From positions 1 through 64,000 of the forward strand of contig RBNJ01000011.1 in assembly GCA_003990765.1 (NCBI GenBank): a stretch of DNA of 64,000 nucleotides, read 5' to 3'. The position numbers and the translations under genes are program-made. Below are positions 13,950 to 26,429 of this stretch, in pieces (position 1 is the stretch's first letter; every line of letters starts with the position of its first letter). The notes under the pieces are model-generated. The model worked only from the letters and a program-made list of their open reading frames with translations, was not told where the DNA came from and searched no databases. The DNA is from Jimgerdemannia flammicorona. Lineage: Eukaryota.

Positions 13950-16766
13950 TATATTAAGTTAGAATTGAGAGTAGGGATCTAGTCTCATAGTTGGTCAACT
14001 GAGTTCTCAAGTAGGTATTCTTTTATTCTGGAGTTCTTTCATGAGTCCTTGAGGTTTCAGCTTAAGCTGATTCTTGATATTCTTATACTTGCTAGAGTGA
14101 TCTATAGTCTACTTCCCAGCATCCTTGTGTGTACTCTAGCAACTTATTACTCAATACTTCAATTGTCCATTCTAATGACTTATCTTTGAAGCTCTGAGAA
14201 TATTCTATTAAGAAAGATGGTTGAGACCAGGGCTAGTTGGACTGCAGATTGCAAGTTTGCCTTAATAATCTGAGCTTAAATCTAATAATAGAAGCTTTTT
14301 GGAGTTTTATTGATAGCTTGACTTATATAAATCAAAGCTTCTTATGCTTCCTATTAGTACTCAAGTCTATTGAACTGGGTACAGAGCTAGATCTTATAGA
14401 TATTATATCTATCTATATAGTCTTCATTTTCTTGAAGATTATTGGCTTATTTTATTTCATAGATATTTTTTCCAACTTGCTTTACTTGATTGTACTTCTA
14501 TAGAGTAGAATCTCTCAGAAGTAATTCTATGCTTCTGAGCTTTCTCTGGATATCTCAGTACTTGGCTACTACTTGTACTTCAATTTCTTTAAGGAATTCC
14601 TCAACATCTTCACTATCTATACTATGGAATTTCTGAAGATAGCTGCCTCTTTCTCCACTACCTTACTAGTTACATAGTTTGGTAGGTAATTTTCTGAGTC
14701 CCCTTTCCCCTATTATTACTCTCTCTACCTCAGATTAGTTTGCTATACCTGTATAGACATATGTAGTAGAAGGAGGGCAATAGTGATGAATTGTCTCTTT
14801 ATCAGTATCAGATCAGTATCTTCTCTACTTTTTTGTAGTCTCTGGTACCTTTGACTATGTCTAGAGTATATCTATTTTAGTGCAGTGTCTTCTTCCTTTT
14901 ACCATCACCAATAAGGTACTATCTTGGTATATCATGAGCTATATAGGGAGTTGGCCAATCTTGGGTATCAAGTACTCAGTGTAGGTTACCTGCAGGTTCT
15001 TGGTACCTATGGTGGGGCCCTCTGGCTTTAGTGAGCTTCTTGGCAAGCACAGTTCTGATGTAGGTGAATTCTTTTTGGGTGTTATTGGGATAGGAGAGGA
15101 GATGGCCATTATAGATAGAAGGAAGGGCAATAATGGTGAACCAATAGAGTAGTAGTCATCAGGGCTGGGGCAGGTGCTGCTTCAGTGGGGCCTTTTGATT
15201 GATATGATATAGTTAGATAGTAAGTATCACTCTTGGCTTCTTTTAGTAATTTGGCAAATTGGGTCCTGGTCATTAGAGGGAGTTAGGAGGCTCAAGGCTA
15301 CCTATTTCAGGTATTTTAACTATACTTAACTAGAACCAAGAGCTGATATAGCAATATAATTGAGACCTATAGGCTTGAGTAGTAGAGTATTGGGAATCTC
15401 CTCCTGCCTTATATATAAGTTCTTTACTTATCTCAATTGAGAGAACTAGGCTCTACTCACTGTATTATACTTTTATGAGAGTTTTTCTTTACCTATTATT
15501 CTCTTTGAGGTGGCAGAGGCTATTATATTCAGCTCAGACATAGTCTTGTATATATTAGGGTCTCAGGTATGTACTTTTGGTCATTAGTATATGGCTGGAT
15601 TCCCCCTGGTAGTAGGGAGAGTATGGTGCACAGAATGAGATATAGACTAACATAGGCCCTGCTGTGCCTAGCATGATCAAGCTGCTGGACAATAGCTAGC
15701 CTAGGTTAATAGGGGAGCAGTGCTTGATGGGTAGTGGGAGAGGGTTTTGGCCTATATAGTCTAGGTTCTCTTCTAATAAAAATCTGTAGGACATTGAGTT
15801 CATTAAAAAAAAAAAAAAAAAATTTCTAAAGATAGCTTATATCTGATTCATCTTCACTATCTGAGTCTGGTTCTGAAGTAGAGTTCCTTAATGATCCTTA
15901 GGATAGAGATGGTAAAGATGCCTGATGAACTAGTAGTACTAATAAGAGATAGTATCTTAGTGAGAGTATAGAGAGTCTGGCCCTTTTAATTAAAGCTGGG
16001 ATAAAGGTTTTGATAGTAGTAGTTCTCTAATTAAGTAATGATAATTACTAAATATTGAGATACTGAGAGGACTAGAGCTTCTTGTCTCTTGAGAATAGTA
16101 TTAGGGTGTGAAGGACCAGGGTACTGAGGTTCTAGTAATTGGAATAAAACTGATATAGCTAATGTTCAGTTTGTTTGCCCTTTGCTATTATAAAGCAGTA
16201 GGGTTCTGTTTATCTTGCCAAGAGTATATGTTATTGTCTGAGTAGTAATAGAGATTGAATTTATCTCTTGAGTGATCTGGTTAACTTCTCTAACCATTGT
16301 CTTCCTCTTATTCTAGAAGGTAAGAATGATAGTCTTCTTCTTCTTCAGATGTTTCAAAATATACTTAATTTAGTAGGATGGCTTAAGTGATGATAGTAGT
16401 AATATAGTTACTTCTATCTAAATCTCTTCTATAGATTAGAGTCTGATATTCTTCAGAAAAATCTTCTTGTTCTGGACCTTAGATTTAGATAGACTTAGAT
16501 TGTCCTCTAAGTTGTCTTCTTTCTCTTGAGATTAAACTGTAATCTGGATTACTTCTTTCTTCTGACTTAGTTTCTTAACTACTGGTTCTGAATAGAGTGA
16601 GGGCAGTTTTGATAATAGTGTAGGCTTTTCTTTCTAACATAGGCTATTGTTGATCCTGATTTTGCTACTAGCTAGTTTCTCCTAAATTTTTCACTATAGA
16701 TGGCTGCTGAGTTCTTGAGCTAAATTATCAAGTCTTTAGAAAACTTTCCCAATTGAACTCTCAAAA
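13950..16766 (-). mobile_element. Decayed 5' part of another Ty3/Gypsy element (PBS and gag), interrupted by the retroposon at 14645-15820
   Basis: LQKFHSIDSEDVEEFLKEIE (Ty3-type gag motif, ~14560-14640). The decayed PBS TGAGAGTTCAATTGGGA (16747-16763) reconstructs with 41281-41297 to TGGGGGCTCAACCGGGA, tRNA-Pro type. Boundaries approximate. Confidence 0.55.
14645..15820 (+). mobile_element. Non-autonomous poly(A) retroposon (~1.17 kb), copy 1 (older)
   Basis: AATAAA plus poly(A) tail and a 17-bp TSD AATTTCT(G/A)AAGATAGCT (14628-14644 and 15821-15837). Colinear with 21263-22442. Confidence 0.85.
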
Positions 16767-17940
16767 TATAGTATATAATTTATATATCTGGTTTGCTGAT
16801 ATATATGACTCAATATATTACTAAATATCTATATACTATTTATCTCCTTATCTTTAGAAATATTCTGACTCAATATTTACTTTAACTACTGTTTGATTTG
16901 TTCACTGAAGTTTATATTATGTTAAAGTTATATATCTTAAGTTATTAATTATATAACTAATTATTTAGAATGATGAAAAGTTAGTAATCATTCATATAGT
17001 TTCTGGTAATCATTTTTATAAGTTCTCTATATCTCTTGATAGTCTAGTTTATCCTTGGATCCTTTTTTTAGTTTTTGAATCTGATTTCTCTGGTGCTTTT
17101 AACTAACTAACTTATATCTTAAAGAGATCTTAATTCTATATCTTAAATATAGTAGTCTTGACTTATATCTTGAGTTTTATGACAATTTTCCATTATGACT
17201 TTAACTGACTGACTTATATTTTAAAGTAGTCTTGATTCTATATCTGTAGTCTTATATCTTGAGTTTTGGTTTCAATCTTGATTTCCATAGTAAGAGAAAT
17301 TCTTCAACTCAAATTTTGAGTAATCATTACTCTAGTTATCTTATTTTTTAAAATTATTTCATCTCTTAAAGGTAGTGTATTTCTTTATAAAACTTCTTTT
17401 TACTTAAACTTAAACTGACTGAGGTTTATTCACTATAGATCAGTGAGTATTTATATAGTATAACATAGCAGATGCTTACTCTTGAAAGTATGTCAGATTT
17501 CTATATCTTGAAAACTTGACTGTTCTGACTCTCATGGAATCTCTTGAAGTTGTAGGGGAGGGTGAGTGAGTTTGAAGTATATCTGCCCACAGGCTTACTA
17601 GTTCCTTTGCTATCTCTTTGCTTTGAACTATTTCAATCTGATGTTTATTTACTCGAAGATACTGGGTTATTTATATAAGTTTGCTAGCTATGAGATGGTT
17701 ACTGGGTTATGTGGCTAAGTTATGAGTTATTTAACACTTTGTGAAATATTTTACCAGTTGCAAAATGCTATACTATATTGAGAAATATTTAGCAAGTAGT
17801 GAAATTGAGGACTGCTAACTATGTGGCTATACTACTTTGGGACTGGGTGTGATCAAGTGTCTGTTCCCTATTTCCTTCTTCCAAATCTGGCTATACCATC
17901 ACAACTTCCTCCTGAATAGATAATCTCATCCCTGAAGCAT

Positions 17941-18402
17941 CTATTCAAACTTCCAGGCTTCAATGGTCTGTATGGTCTTGTACTGTACAATTTGTTGCAT
18001 TACTGTTTTCCAATGATGTTGACTGACTCAGTCGAAGTCTGAGGGAGTCACTCCTCACAGGTGGGCTAGTGCCGGTTCATTCTCTTGGAATAGCTTGTAG
18101 ATTCTCTTAGCAATGGTGATCTGAGAATAGGAGAGCTGGTATTCCACAATCCAATTTTCTTTGGTCATTTCTGGGTCTTAGTTGAGTACTTGGCCAAGTT
18201 TGAAGTACTCTTGAAATTCGTTTCAATGCTGATAGGTCTTGAAGTGTAAGATCCAAGAGAGATGAGTCTGTATGATACTTTGGATACTGTCATAAGACTC
18301 CTCTATAGTCAGAGGCTCAGTGGTGCACCATTGTCTCTCAATGGCTCTTTGGGCAGTATTAGTAATTTTGAGTGCCATTGCAGTACTTCTGTTATTGGCC
18401 AT
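17941..18402 (-). pseudogene. Accessory ORF3, copy 2
   Basis: 462 bp, colinear with 6027-6488. Its ATG overlaps the integrase end (TAT CAT GGC CAA TAA). Confidence 0.7.
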
Positions 18403-19584
18403 GATATTTCTTAAGTCAGTTTCAGTAAATGGTAGTGGGGATTATTGTATCTGAGGGCCTTTGTAGCCAAAAAGTAGTCCCTTTTATATCTTGTACCAGG
18501 TAAGGTCCTTTCCACTTGGGCTCCAGTTTTTGTGACCAAGAAGTTTCTACTATGTTCTGGTACACTAGGACTTCGTCTCCTATCTTGATAATCTCCAGAG
18601 GCTTGTGGACCTTTTCTGTATTGCTCCATTGTAGTGCCTGTGCCTTGATTATGTAATCCTCTACCTTTTTTCTAATTTGATGCAATCTCCATATCTCCAT
18701 ATCCACATGCTTCCAGACTGTGTCATTATTTGCTAACAAACTTCCACTAGAACTTTCTTCTCCGAATAGCATCTTCCGGGGGTAAAGTGGGTACTTTGTA
18801 ATCTGATATCCTAGAGAGTGGATAATGCTATTGGCAGATAGTGATCCCAGTTTTCATAGTTATCACAGATATTAGCAATAACATTCTTGAGGGTCTTATT
18901 GGTCCTTTCTACTTGTCCATTTCCTTGTGGGTGATAGGCTGTGGTCTAAATGTGCTAGATCTTGTACTTCTTGTAGAGAACCTCAAAGAGCTGGTTCACA
19001 AATTCTGTTCCTCTATCTGTAGTTACTTGTGTTGGGGTCTTGAACTGGCAGATGATTTCCTTGTAGAAGAAATCGGTAATTGACTGTGTATTGGCTTCCT
19101 TAAGGGGTCCTGCTTCTATCCACTTCATAAAAAGGTCTATGATGACAATGATATATCAGTTACCAGTCAGGGTCAAGGGTAGAGGGCTGATTACATCTAT
19201 TGCTATGTGGGCAAATGGTACTGGTTCTATGCATGCTGATCCTAAGGCCTGATTTCGTTGGTCTTGTTTCTATTTCTGACATTTGTCACAGGTTCTGATG
19301 AATTGTTTGATATCTTCTTCTATTCCTGGCCACCATATTGTTCTTCTTGCCTTATCATATGTATTCGTTCCTCTTAGATGGCCAAGTTTGTGTACCGATT
19401 TCATCACTTGCTCCTTCTTGTGTTCTGGTATGACTAGTAGTTTTCCTTTCTTCAGTGTTTCTCCATCAGTTTCGAATTGTTTCTATGTTCTGTTGATAAT
19501 CATTTGTGTCCATTCTTCCAGATGTTGGGATATCTTTCACTGTCTTAGGTATGTGATAATTCTATAGTAGAGCTTCTTATTCAT
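18392..19584 (-). pseudogene. Integrase ORF, copy 2
   Basis: Colinear with copy 1, includes KLEPKWKGPY, and its ATG lies in CATGAATAA. Confidence 0.85.
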
Positions 19585-22500
19585 GATTGATTTGTTGGTT
19601 GGAGGTAGTTCAGGGTGTCTGTGAGAGGGCATCTGCATTGGCATTGGTTCTTCCAGAGTGGTGTACAATGATTACATCATAAGCTTGCAACTTCATTATC
19701 TATCTGGCATAGATTCCTTTAGGTTGTCCAGTTGTTAGTAGTCAGGTGAGAGCTGAGTGGTCCATTTGGATGGTGAAGTGTCTTCCAGCCAAGTAGTAGT
19801 GGAACTTTTCTATGGCCCAGATGACTGCGAGACATTCCAACTTATAGGATTTGTATTCTTTTTCAGCTTCTTGGGTTCCGTGACTGAGGTATGTGATGAT
19901 ATACTCCACTTTATCTTTCTTTTGAGCTAGGACTGCTCCTAGTTCTTGTGCACTTGCATCAGTCTGTAGGATGAATTCTTAAGTCCAGTCAGGTCTTCTG
20001 AGGATGAGTGCCTGGGTCAGTCTGACCTTGAGTTCATCAAATGCTTTTTGTTGTCTGCCAGTCTACTAGAACTTAGTATTCTTCTTGTTAAGTTCATAGA
20101 TTGGTCCAGCAATATTAGAAAATCCTCTAATAAATCTGCGATAATAGGAGGTAAGTCCCATGAAGACTTGGGCTTCCATAACAGTGGTGGATCTTAGGTA
20201 TGCTGCCACTGCTTATATCTTGAGGGGGTCCGTATGTGTTCCATCTTAGTTGATGATGTAGCTGAGATAGGAGATCTCGATTTCTATAAATTTGCATTTT
20301 TTGGGCTTGATGTATAGATCATGCTTTCAGTCTTTCCATTATCTGCCAGATGTGCTGCAGGTATTCTTCTGGTATCTGGCTGTAGATGATTACATCATCA
20401 ACATAGACCATCATCTATCTTCCCATGTCATAGCAGAAGATTTTGTTCATCATTCACTGGAAACTTACTGGTACATTGTACATTCCAAATGGCATTTGTA
20501 GGTAGATGTAGGTTCCATCTGGGGTGATGAAAGCTGACTTTTCACTTACCATGTCTGTGAGTCTGATTTGGTGGAATCCTGAGTATAAGTCCAGAGTGCT
20601 ATAGTACTATGCTTTATCTCCCAGTGTTATGAGAATGTCATTGATGAGGGGCAGTGGTTGGTAATCCTTTTTGTAACCATGTTGAGCTTTCTGTAGTCAA
20701 CACAGAGTCTTGGGGCAAATTCTCCAGGCTTGCTGCCCTTTTTTGGGGCTAGTACAACAGGTGAGAACCAGAGGCTGCTGGCTTCTTTAATGATACTAGC
20801 TTCTTCTATCTGCTTGATTTCTTCTCTGAGCCATTCTTGGTAGGCTGGTGGGACAGGTCTTGCCTTCTGATAAATTGGTTCAGTGTTTCCAGTATCGACT
20901 TCATGATAGTAGTGTGGGGTCTTTCCTTTGATATCCTTGAAATTTGTGGTAAGGACATCTTTGAATTTGTGGAGTATTTTCTTGAGTTCTTTCTTGAGTA
21001 AAAATTCATTTCTGATGGTGTAGCTGTGCTTACTTGTGTTTTCCTCCTTCTTATGCTCGAGTTTGGTGATCTTGGTGCTGGCAAATACTCCTCTTTCTGT
21101 GGATCCAAATCCTTTCTTTCCTCTTTTCGTTTCCTCCAGCTTCTTAACTTCTATGATCTTTGGTTGTAGGATCAGAAAGATCAACATTTGCGCCAATTGG
21201 TCCTTCTTCTTGACTGGAAATGGGATTGTAGGATTGTGATTCCTAGCAATGAGTAGAATTTCCAGCTCCTTTCTCCACTACCTTACCGGTCACAAGGTTT
21301 GGTAGGTGATCTTCTGAGTCCCCTTTCCCCTATTATTACCCCCTCTACCTTGGGTTGGTTTGCTGTGCCTGCAGAGGCATGGTGGGAGGAGGGCAATGGT
21401 GATGAGTTACCCCTTTATCAGTGTCAGATTGGTGCTTCCTCCACTTTTTTGCAGATTCTGGTGCCTTTGGCTGCATCTGGGGTGTACCCATTTTGGTGCG
21501 GTGCCTTCTTCCTTTTGCCATCGCCAACAAGGTGTTGTCTCAGTGTGTCTCGGGCTATGTAGGGAGTCGGCCGACCTTGGGCGTCAAGTGCTCAGTGTAG
21601 GTTACCTGCAGGTCTTCGATGCCTGTGGTGGGGCCCTCTGGCTTTGGCGAGCTTCCCAGTGAGTGCAGTTCTGGTGTAGGTGACTGCTTTTCAGGTGTTG
21701 TCAGGATGGGAGGGGAGATGGCCATCACAGATAGGCAGAAGGGCAATTATGGTGGACCAGTAGGGTGCCAGGCTGGGGGCAGTCATCAGGGCTGGGGCAG
21801 GTGCTGCTTCGGTGGGGCCTTTTGATTGGTGTGGCATGGTTAGGTAGTAGGTGTCACTATCGGCTTCCTTTGGTGGTCAGCGGGGTTGGGCCCCAGTCGT
21901 CAGGGGGGGTCAGGAGGCCTGAGGCTACCCATTTCAGGTGTCTTGGCTGCACTCAATGGGAACCGGAAGCTGACATGGCAACATGATCGAGGCCCGCAGG
22001 CTTGAGTAGTGGGGTATTGGGGGTTTCCTCCTGCCTCACGTGTAAGTCCTTTACTCACCTCAACTGAGAGAACCAGGCCCTATCCACTGTGTTGTACTTT
22101 GATGAGGGTTTTTTATTTGCCTGTCATTCTCTTTGGGGTGGCAGGGGCTATTCTATTTGGCTCGGGCATGGCCTTGTACATATGTTGGGTTCTCAGGTGT
22201 GCGCTTTTGGTCATCGGTGTATGGTTGGGTTTCCCCTGGTGGTAGGGAGAGCATGGTGCATAGAAAGAGGTATGGGCCAACATAGGCCCTGCTGTGCCTG
22301 GCATGGTCGAGCTGCTGGATAATAGCTAGCCTAAGTTAATGGGGGGGCAGTGCTTGGTGGGTGGTGGGGGAGGGTTTTGGCCTATATAGTCTAGGTTCCC
22401 TTCCAATAAAATTCCATGGGACATGAGTCCATTAAAAAAAAAAATGAGTAGAATTTCTCCAGTATAGTCTGAATCAATGACTTCTCTTTCAATTGTGATT

Positions 22501-24761
22501 TTGCTTCTAGCCAGGCTGCTTCTTATCTTGAGAATCCTGATATGATCCTTTGGAATGGTCATCTTCAGTCCAGTTGCAAGTAGGGTAGTTGTCAGGAGTT
22601 CTAGTATAGTCTTTTCTACTGTAGCAATGTCCATTCTGGCTACATTTTCTGACTTGTATTCTGGCAAGACTGCATCAGGGTGGATCTTTTGAATCTTGAC
22701 CTTGATTTCTTCTTCATCATTACTGTCCTCCAGGAGGGCTGGTGGTTTGTCATCTTCCTCCTTCTCTTCTTCCCTGATCTGTTTTTCAAGAACTTTCTGC
22801 CTTCTTTCCTGGTGGATCTTCTTGATTCCAATAGTGCACTGGTAGCAATTATTGACATACTCCATACAGTACATCTTGATCCCATGAGGACAGACTCCTT
22901 GTGGGGCATAACCTTCTGTGATCTTCTTGCACCATTCTTCTTTACTTATCCATCCAACTTTCTTCTTCTTTGGAGTAGTCACCATATAAGCTTCCTCTTG
23001 CTTGCTCTCTTCTTCCTCCATGTTGGGCAGGACTCCTTTGTTGACATTGATGGGAATTTGTATCTTCTGTCCCTGGTAGGTGATCTGCATCTTCTGGGCA
23101 TTGAGATCAATTACTGCCCTGACTTTGTGAAGCCATTGATTGCTGATGAGGATGTCATAGTTGGTAGCATTGGTTATAATTACATCTACTGAGATGGTTG
23201 CTCCTCCAATCTTAATGAGAACATCTCAGATCTTTCCCAGAGATGTGGCTCTTGTGCTATTGGCTGTGACGAATACCAGCTTAGTTGCTTCTTCCACATC
23301 CCAACCTAGGCAGTCCACTGCCTTTTTGCTGAGGAGACATTCTCCTACTCCCATATCGATGATGGCTTCAAAGATTCTATCTTTGATTTGGCATGTTGCA
23401 TAAGCAGAGGTTTTGTGATTGTCCTCACTTTCTTCTCCTGAGTCCTCTTGAATGTTATTGGCCTCAGTTATCTTCCATTCTTGTTCCTTAGTTGTTTTGG
23501 CAAGTTCAAACCTCATTTGCTGTCTGAATGTTGGGATTTCTATAAGCTGACCAAAGGTTGCATTGACCTTTTGTTGACTGAGGTCCTTGAAGATATCATA
23601 CTTGAAGGTCTTGGTCTTGTGAAGCTTCTTTTCTTTTTCTCCTTCACTGGCTGGAGTGGTTTCTTGGATGATATCTTGAACTGCTTGCTCCAGCTCTATA
23701 TCTTGGTCCATCTCTTCAGCTTGACTTTCTGTGGCAGTTTCCATCTGCTTTTCCACTGGATTCTTCTTGGGTCTTTCTGATGGTCTCTTGTAGGGTTCTT
23801 TGTGAACATCCTTCTTAGTGGTCTGAGCAGGATAGACCTCCCATTCCTCTTCATTAAATTCTCCAATTTCTTCAAAGATTATTGTATTGGCCTGTTCCTT
23901 ATTTCTAGTAGCATTGCTTGGTTGGGCCTTGTACTTAGTTTTACTCATACATTTATATGAGTAGTGGCCTTCTTCTCTACAGCTGTAGCAGGTATCTTTC
24001 TTCTTGTCTGAGGTGGTGGCAAACTTCTGAACAGAGTGGTAGTCTCTTCCTCGAATTTCCTTTACCACATCTCCCAGGTGGGCAGTTATTTCGGCAAACC
24101 TTTTGGCAAGTTCCTCCATAGGGTCACTGTTCTTTTGCTGCTCTGTAGCTTTTGGCTGAGGTGTGTTTTGATTGATCATCATGGTAAGAATCACACTGGT
24201 TGCTTTGGGTGCTTCAATTTTGACTCCCATGACTCTTTCTATTGTATGGTCTTGTAGATGTCTGGCTATCCAGTATTGCTGAGTATAGGTGACCTTCTGT
24301 AGCAGATCCAGAATCACTGGTGATGAGTGGATGGCCATAGCTATCTCTGGGTAGACTCCTTTCATAAAGGTTGCTTTGGCTACTTGGTCTTGGATAGCAT
24401 CAGCATAATCTGCAAGGATTATCTAATATTGGATTCTGGTGTAGAATGTGTTTGGATCTTCACTCATTCCTTGGCATATTGTATTGAGCTGATCCTTCAG
24501 AGCTTGCTTGATCTCATCTATATAGTAGGTGGTTCAAAGCCAGGTCTTCTATACTGTCAGTGTAGCATCGGCATCATTTCCCGCATGGTTTATAGCTGTG
24601 AATGCTGCTCTTGCAGGCCCTTGTAGGCTAAAGGGCATAAGGGCTACTTGCTGTGCTGCTATCAGGGTCCTTACAGCAGCATACTACTTGAAATCGTCAA
24701 TGAAGGTAATGATTGATTCATCTGAGATATATTTGTGGAATACTGGCAGTCTCATATCCAT
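19577..24761 (-). pseudogene. gag-PR-dUTPase-RT-RNase H, copy 2 (interrupted at 21263-22442)
   Basis: ORF 23226-24365 runs uninterrupted from gag through the zinc knuckle into protease. GFGST (dUTPase motif 5) and RT motifs follow. Confidence 0.9.
21263..22442 (+). mobile_element. Non-autonomous poly(A) retroposon (~1.18 kb), copy 2
   Basis: Perfect 15-bp TSD AATGAGTAGAATTTC (21248-21262 and 22443-22457), AATAAA at 22405-22410 and a poly(A) tail. No recognisable protein domain. Confidence 0.9.
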
Positions 24762-25519
24762 CTTTTCTGAGTATTGGGGCTCAGTTTGTATGGTTGTTCG
24801 GGTAGTGGCGGTTGTTTGTTGTTCAGCTTGAAAGTGAGAGATTCATCTTGAATCATCAGCCAATGGGCACCAAGTTGTAATATAGCAGATGCTTACTCTT
24901 GAAAGTATATCAGATTTCTGTATCTTAAAAACTTGACTGTTCTGACTCTTGCAGAGTCTCTTGAAGTTGAAGGAGAGGGTGGGTGAGTTTGAAGTGTATC
25001 TGCCTGCAGGCTTACTAGTTCCTTTACTATCTCTTTGCTTTGAACTATTTTGATCTGATGTTTATTTACTTGAAGATACTGGGTTATTTATACAAGTTTT
25101 CTAGCTATGAGATAGTTACTGGGTTATGTGGCTAAGTTATGAGTCATTTAACACTTTGCGAAATATTTTACCAGTTGCAAAATGCTCTACTATATCAAGA
25201 AGCTTGATCTCACACTTTGTGAAATATTTAGCAAGTGGCAAAATCGAGGACTGCTAACTATGTAGCTATACTACTTTGGGACTGGGTGCGATCAAGTGTC
25301 TGTTCCCTATTTCCTTCTTCCAAATCTGGCTATACCATCATAATAGTTTTTAGGCTATATATAAGGTTAGATAATTGGTTATAACCCACAATTATTAGAA
25401 GATACTATTTAGCATACTTTTGAAATTCAGATGACTAATTGAATAAGGCTAATTTTATATTTGTGATAAATTTGACTAGTTAATATATAGTTACTATTTA
25501 TATAACAAACTAACTTACT

Positions 25520-26307
25520 CAATTTGACTAATAGAGCTATTCTTATATGTATATTCTAAAATTTAATATAATTGAAATTATATCATCCTTATCCTCTTCC
25601 TCATTTTTCTCAAGAAGTCTGGCCAAATCTTTTTCTGCATCCTCTATAATTGTACTGAGAATAATAATAGACTCTAAGAGTGAAGAAAGGAAGTTATTGA
25701 TATTATCTTTCAGTAGAATGAATAAGTTGCCATCATTTTTTAAGTTGTTTGGAGAGTGATATCATTATTGATAATATCACCAAAGAGTATATACATAGTC
25801 ACTCTGCTCTTGAAGTCTTTAGTCAATAGTATTGTCATCTATAAAGTAGAGAATATCTGTAAAATTCTGGAGATAGTGAACTCTCAATAGTGGATCTTAA
25901 AATAGTATAATCAGATTATAAATAAATTGATCTGGATTGTTCTCTAGGATGAAGTTTCAAAGATCTTAAACTTTATTACTCTTGACTATAATAGTAGATT
26001 GGGCCTCTTTTATAACTATTTCTTTGAGGTAGTCTGCATGGTGACTTATCAGTTCTTAAATATCTGAGACTTTGATATATTCTAGATTAAGAATGGCTCA
26101 GAGTATATACCTGAAGATCTAATAGACTCTTTTAGTTAATTTCTGTTTATACTCATTTATATATATGGTATCTATAATTTCTTAAGAGCTGGCTTGTGTA
26201 AATTCTTGATAGAGGTGATATTCTATCTTATATTCTTACTATATTCAAAGATATTTAGTAGTAGTGATAATTCTTGTCTCTATTTCTCAGCAGTTGAGAG
26301 TATAGTG
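25520..26307 (-). pseudogene. Decayed ORF containing a motif similar to Gypsy ORF3; probably continues at 32221-32560 beyond the L1 insertion
   Basis: TKRVY*IFRYIL*AILNLEYIKVSDI*ELISHH (26038-26136) aligns without gaps to ORF3 AKRIHKLFREDESALVHLRGVTPSDFDRVRRHH. Confidence 0.4.
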
Positions 26308-26429
26308 ATAGAGATCTCTCACACGACTTTCTCCAGTAACATTCAGATTACACAATCTTTTGGCAACACTTTCGACACAGTTTCTGGAGACAAGCTACTA
26401 GTATCATAGCGACCAATGAGCATCCAGAG

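Larger units (their letters stand above)
17459..25342 (-). mobile_element. Ty3/Gypsy family A, copy 2 (full length, with a 1.18-kb insertion in dUTPase)
   Basis: LTRs at 17459-17903 (short internal deletion) and 24876-25342, outer termini decayed to TA, TSD ATAG (17455-17458 and 25343-25346). Confidence 0.95.

Noticed and set aside
21555-21746. 63-aa minus-strand ORF present in both retroposon copies
   Set aside because: It has a non-ATG start, is antisense to the poly(A) strand and shows no motif. Sharing is expected from copy similarity.
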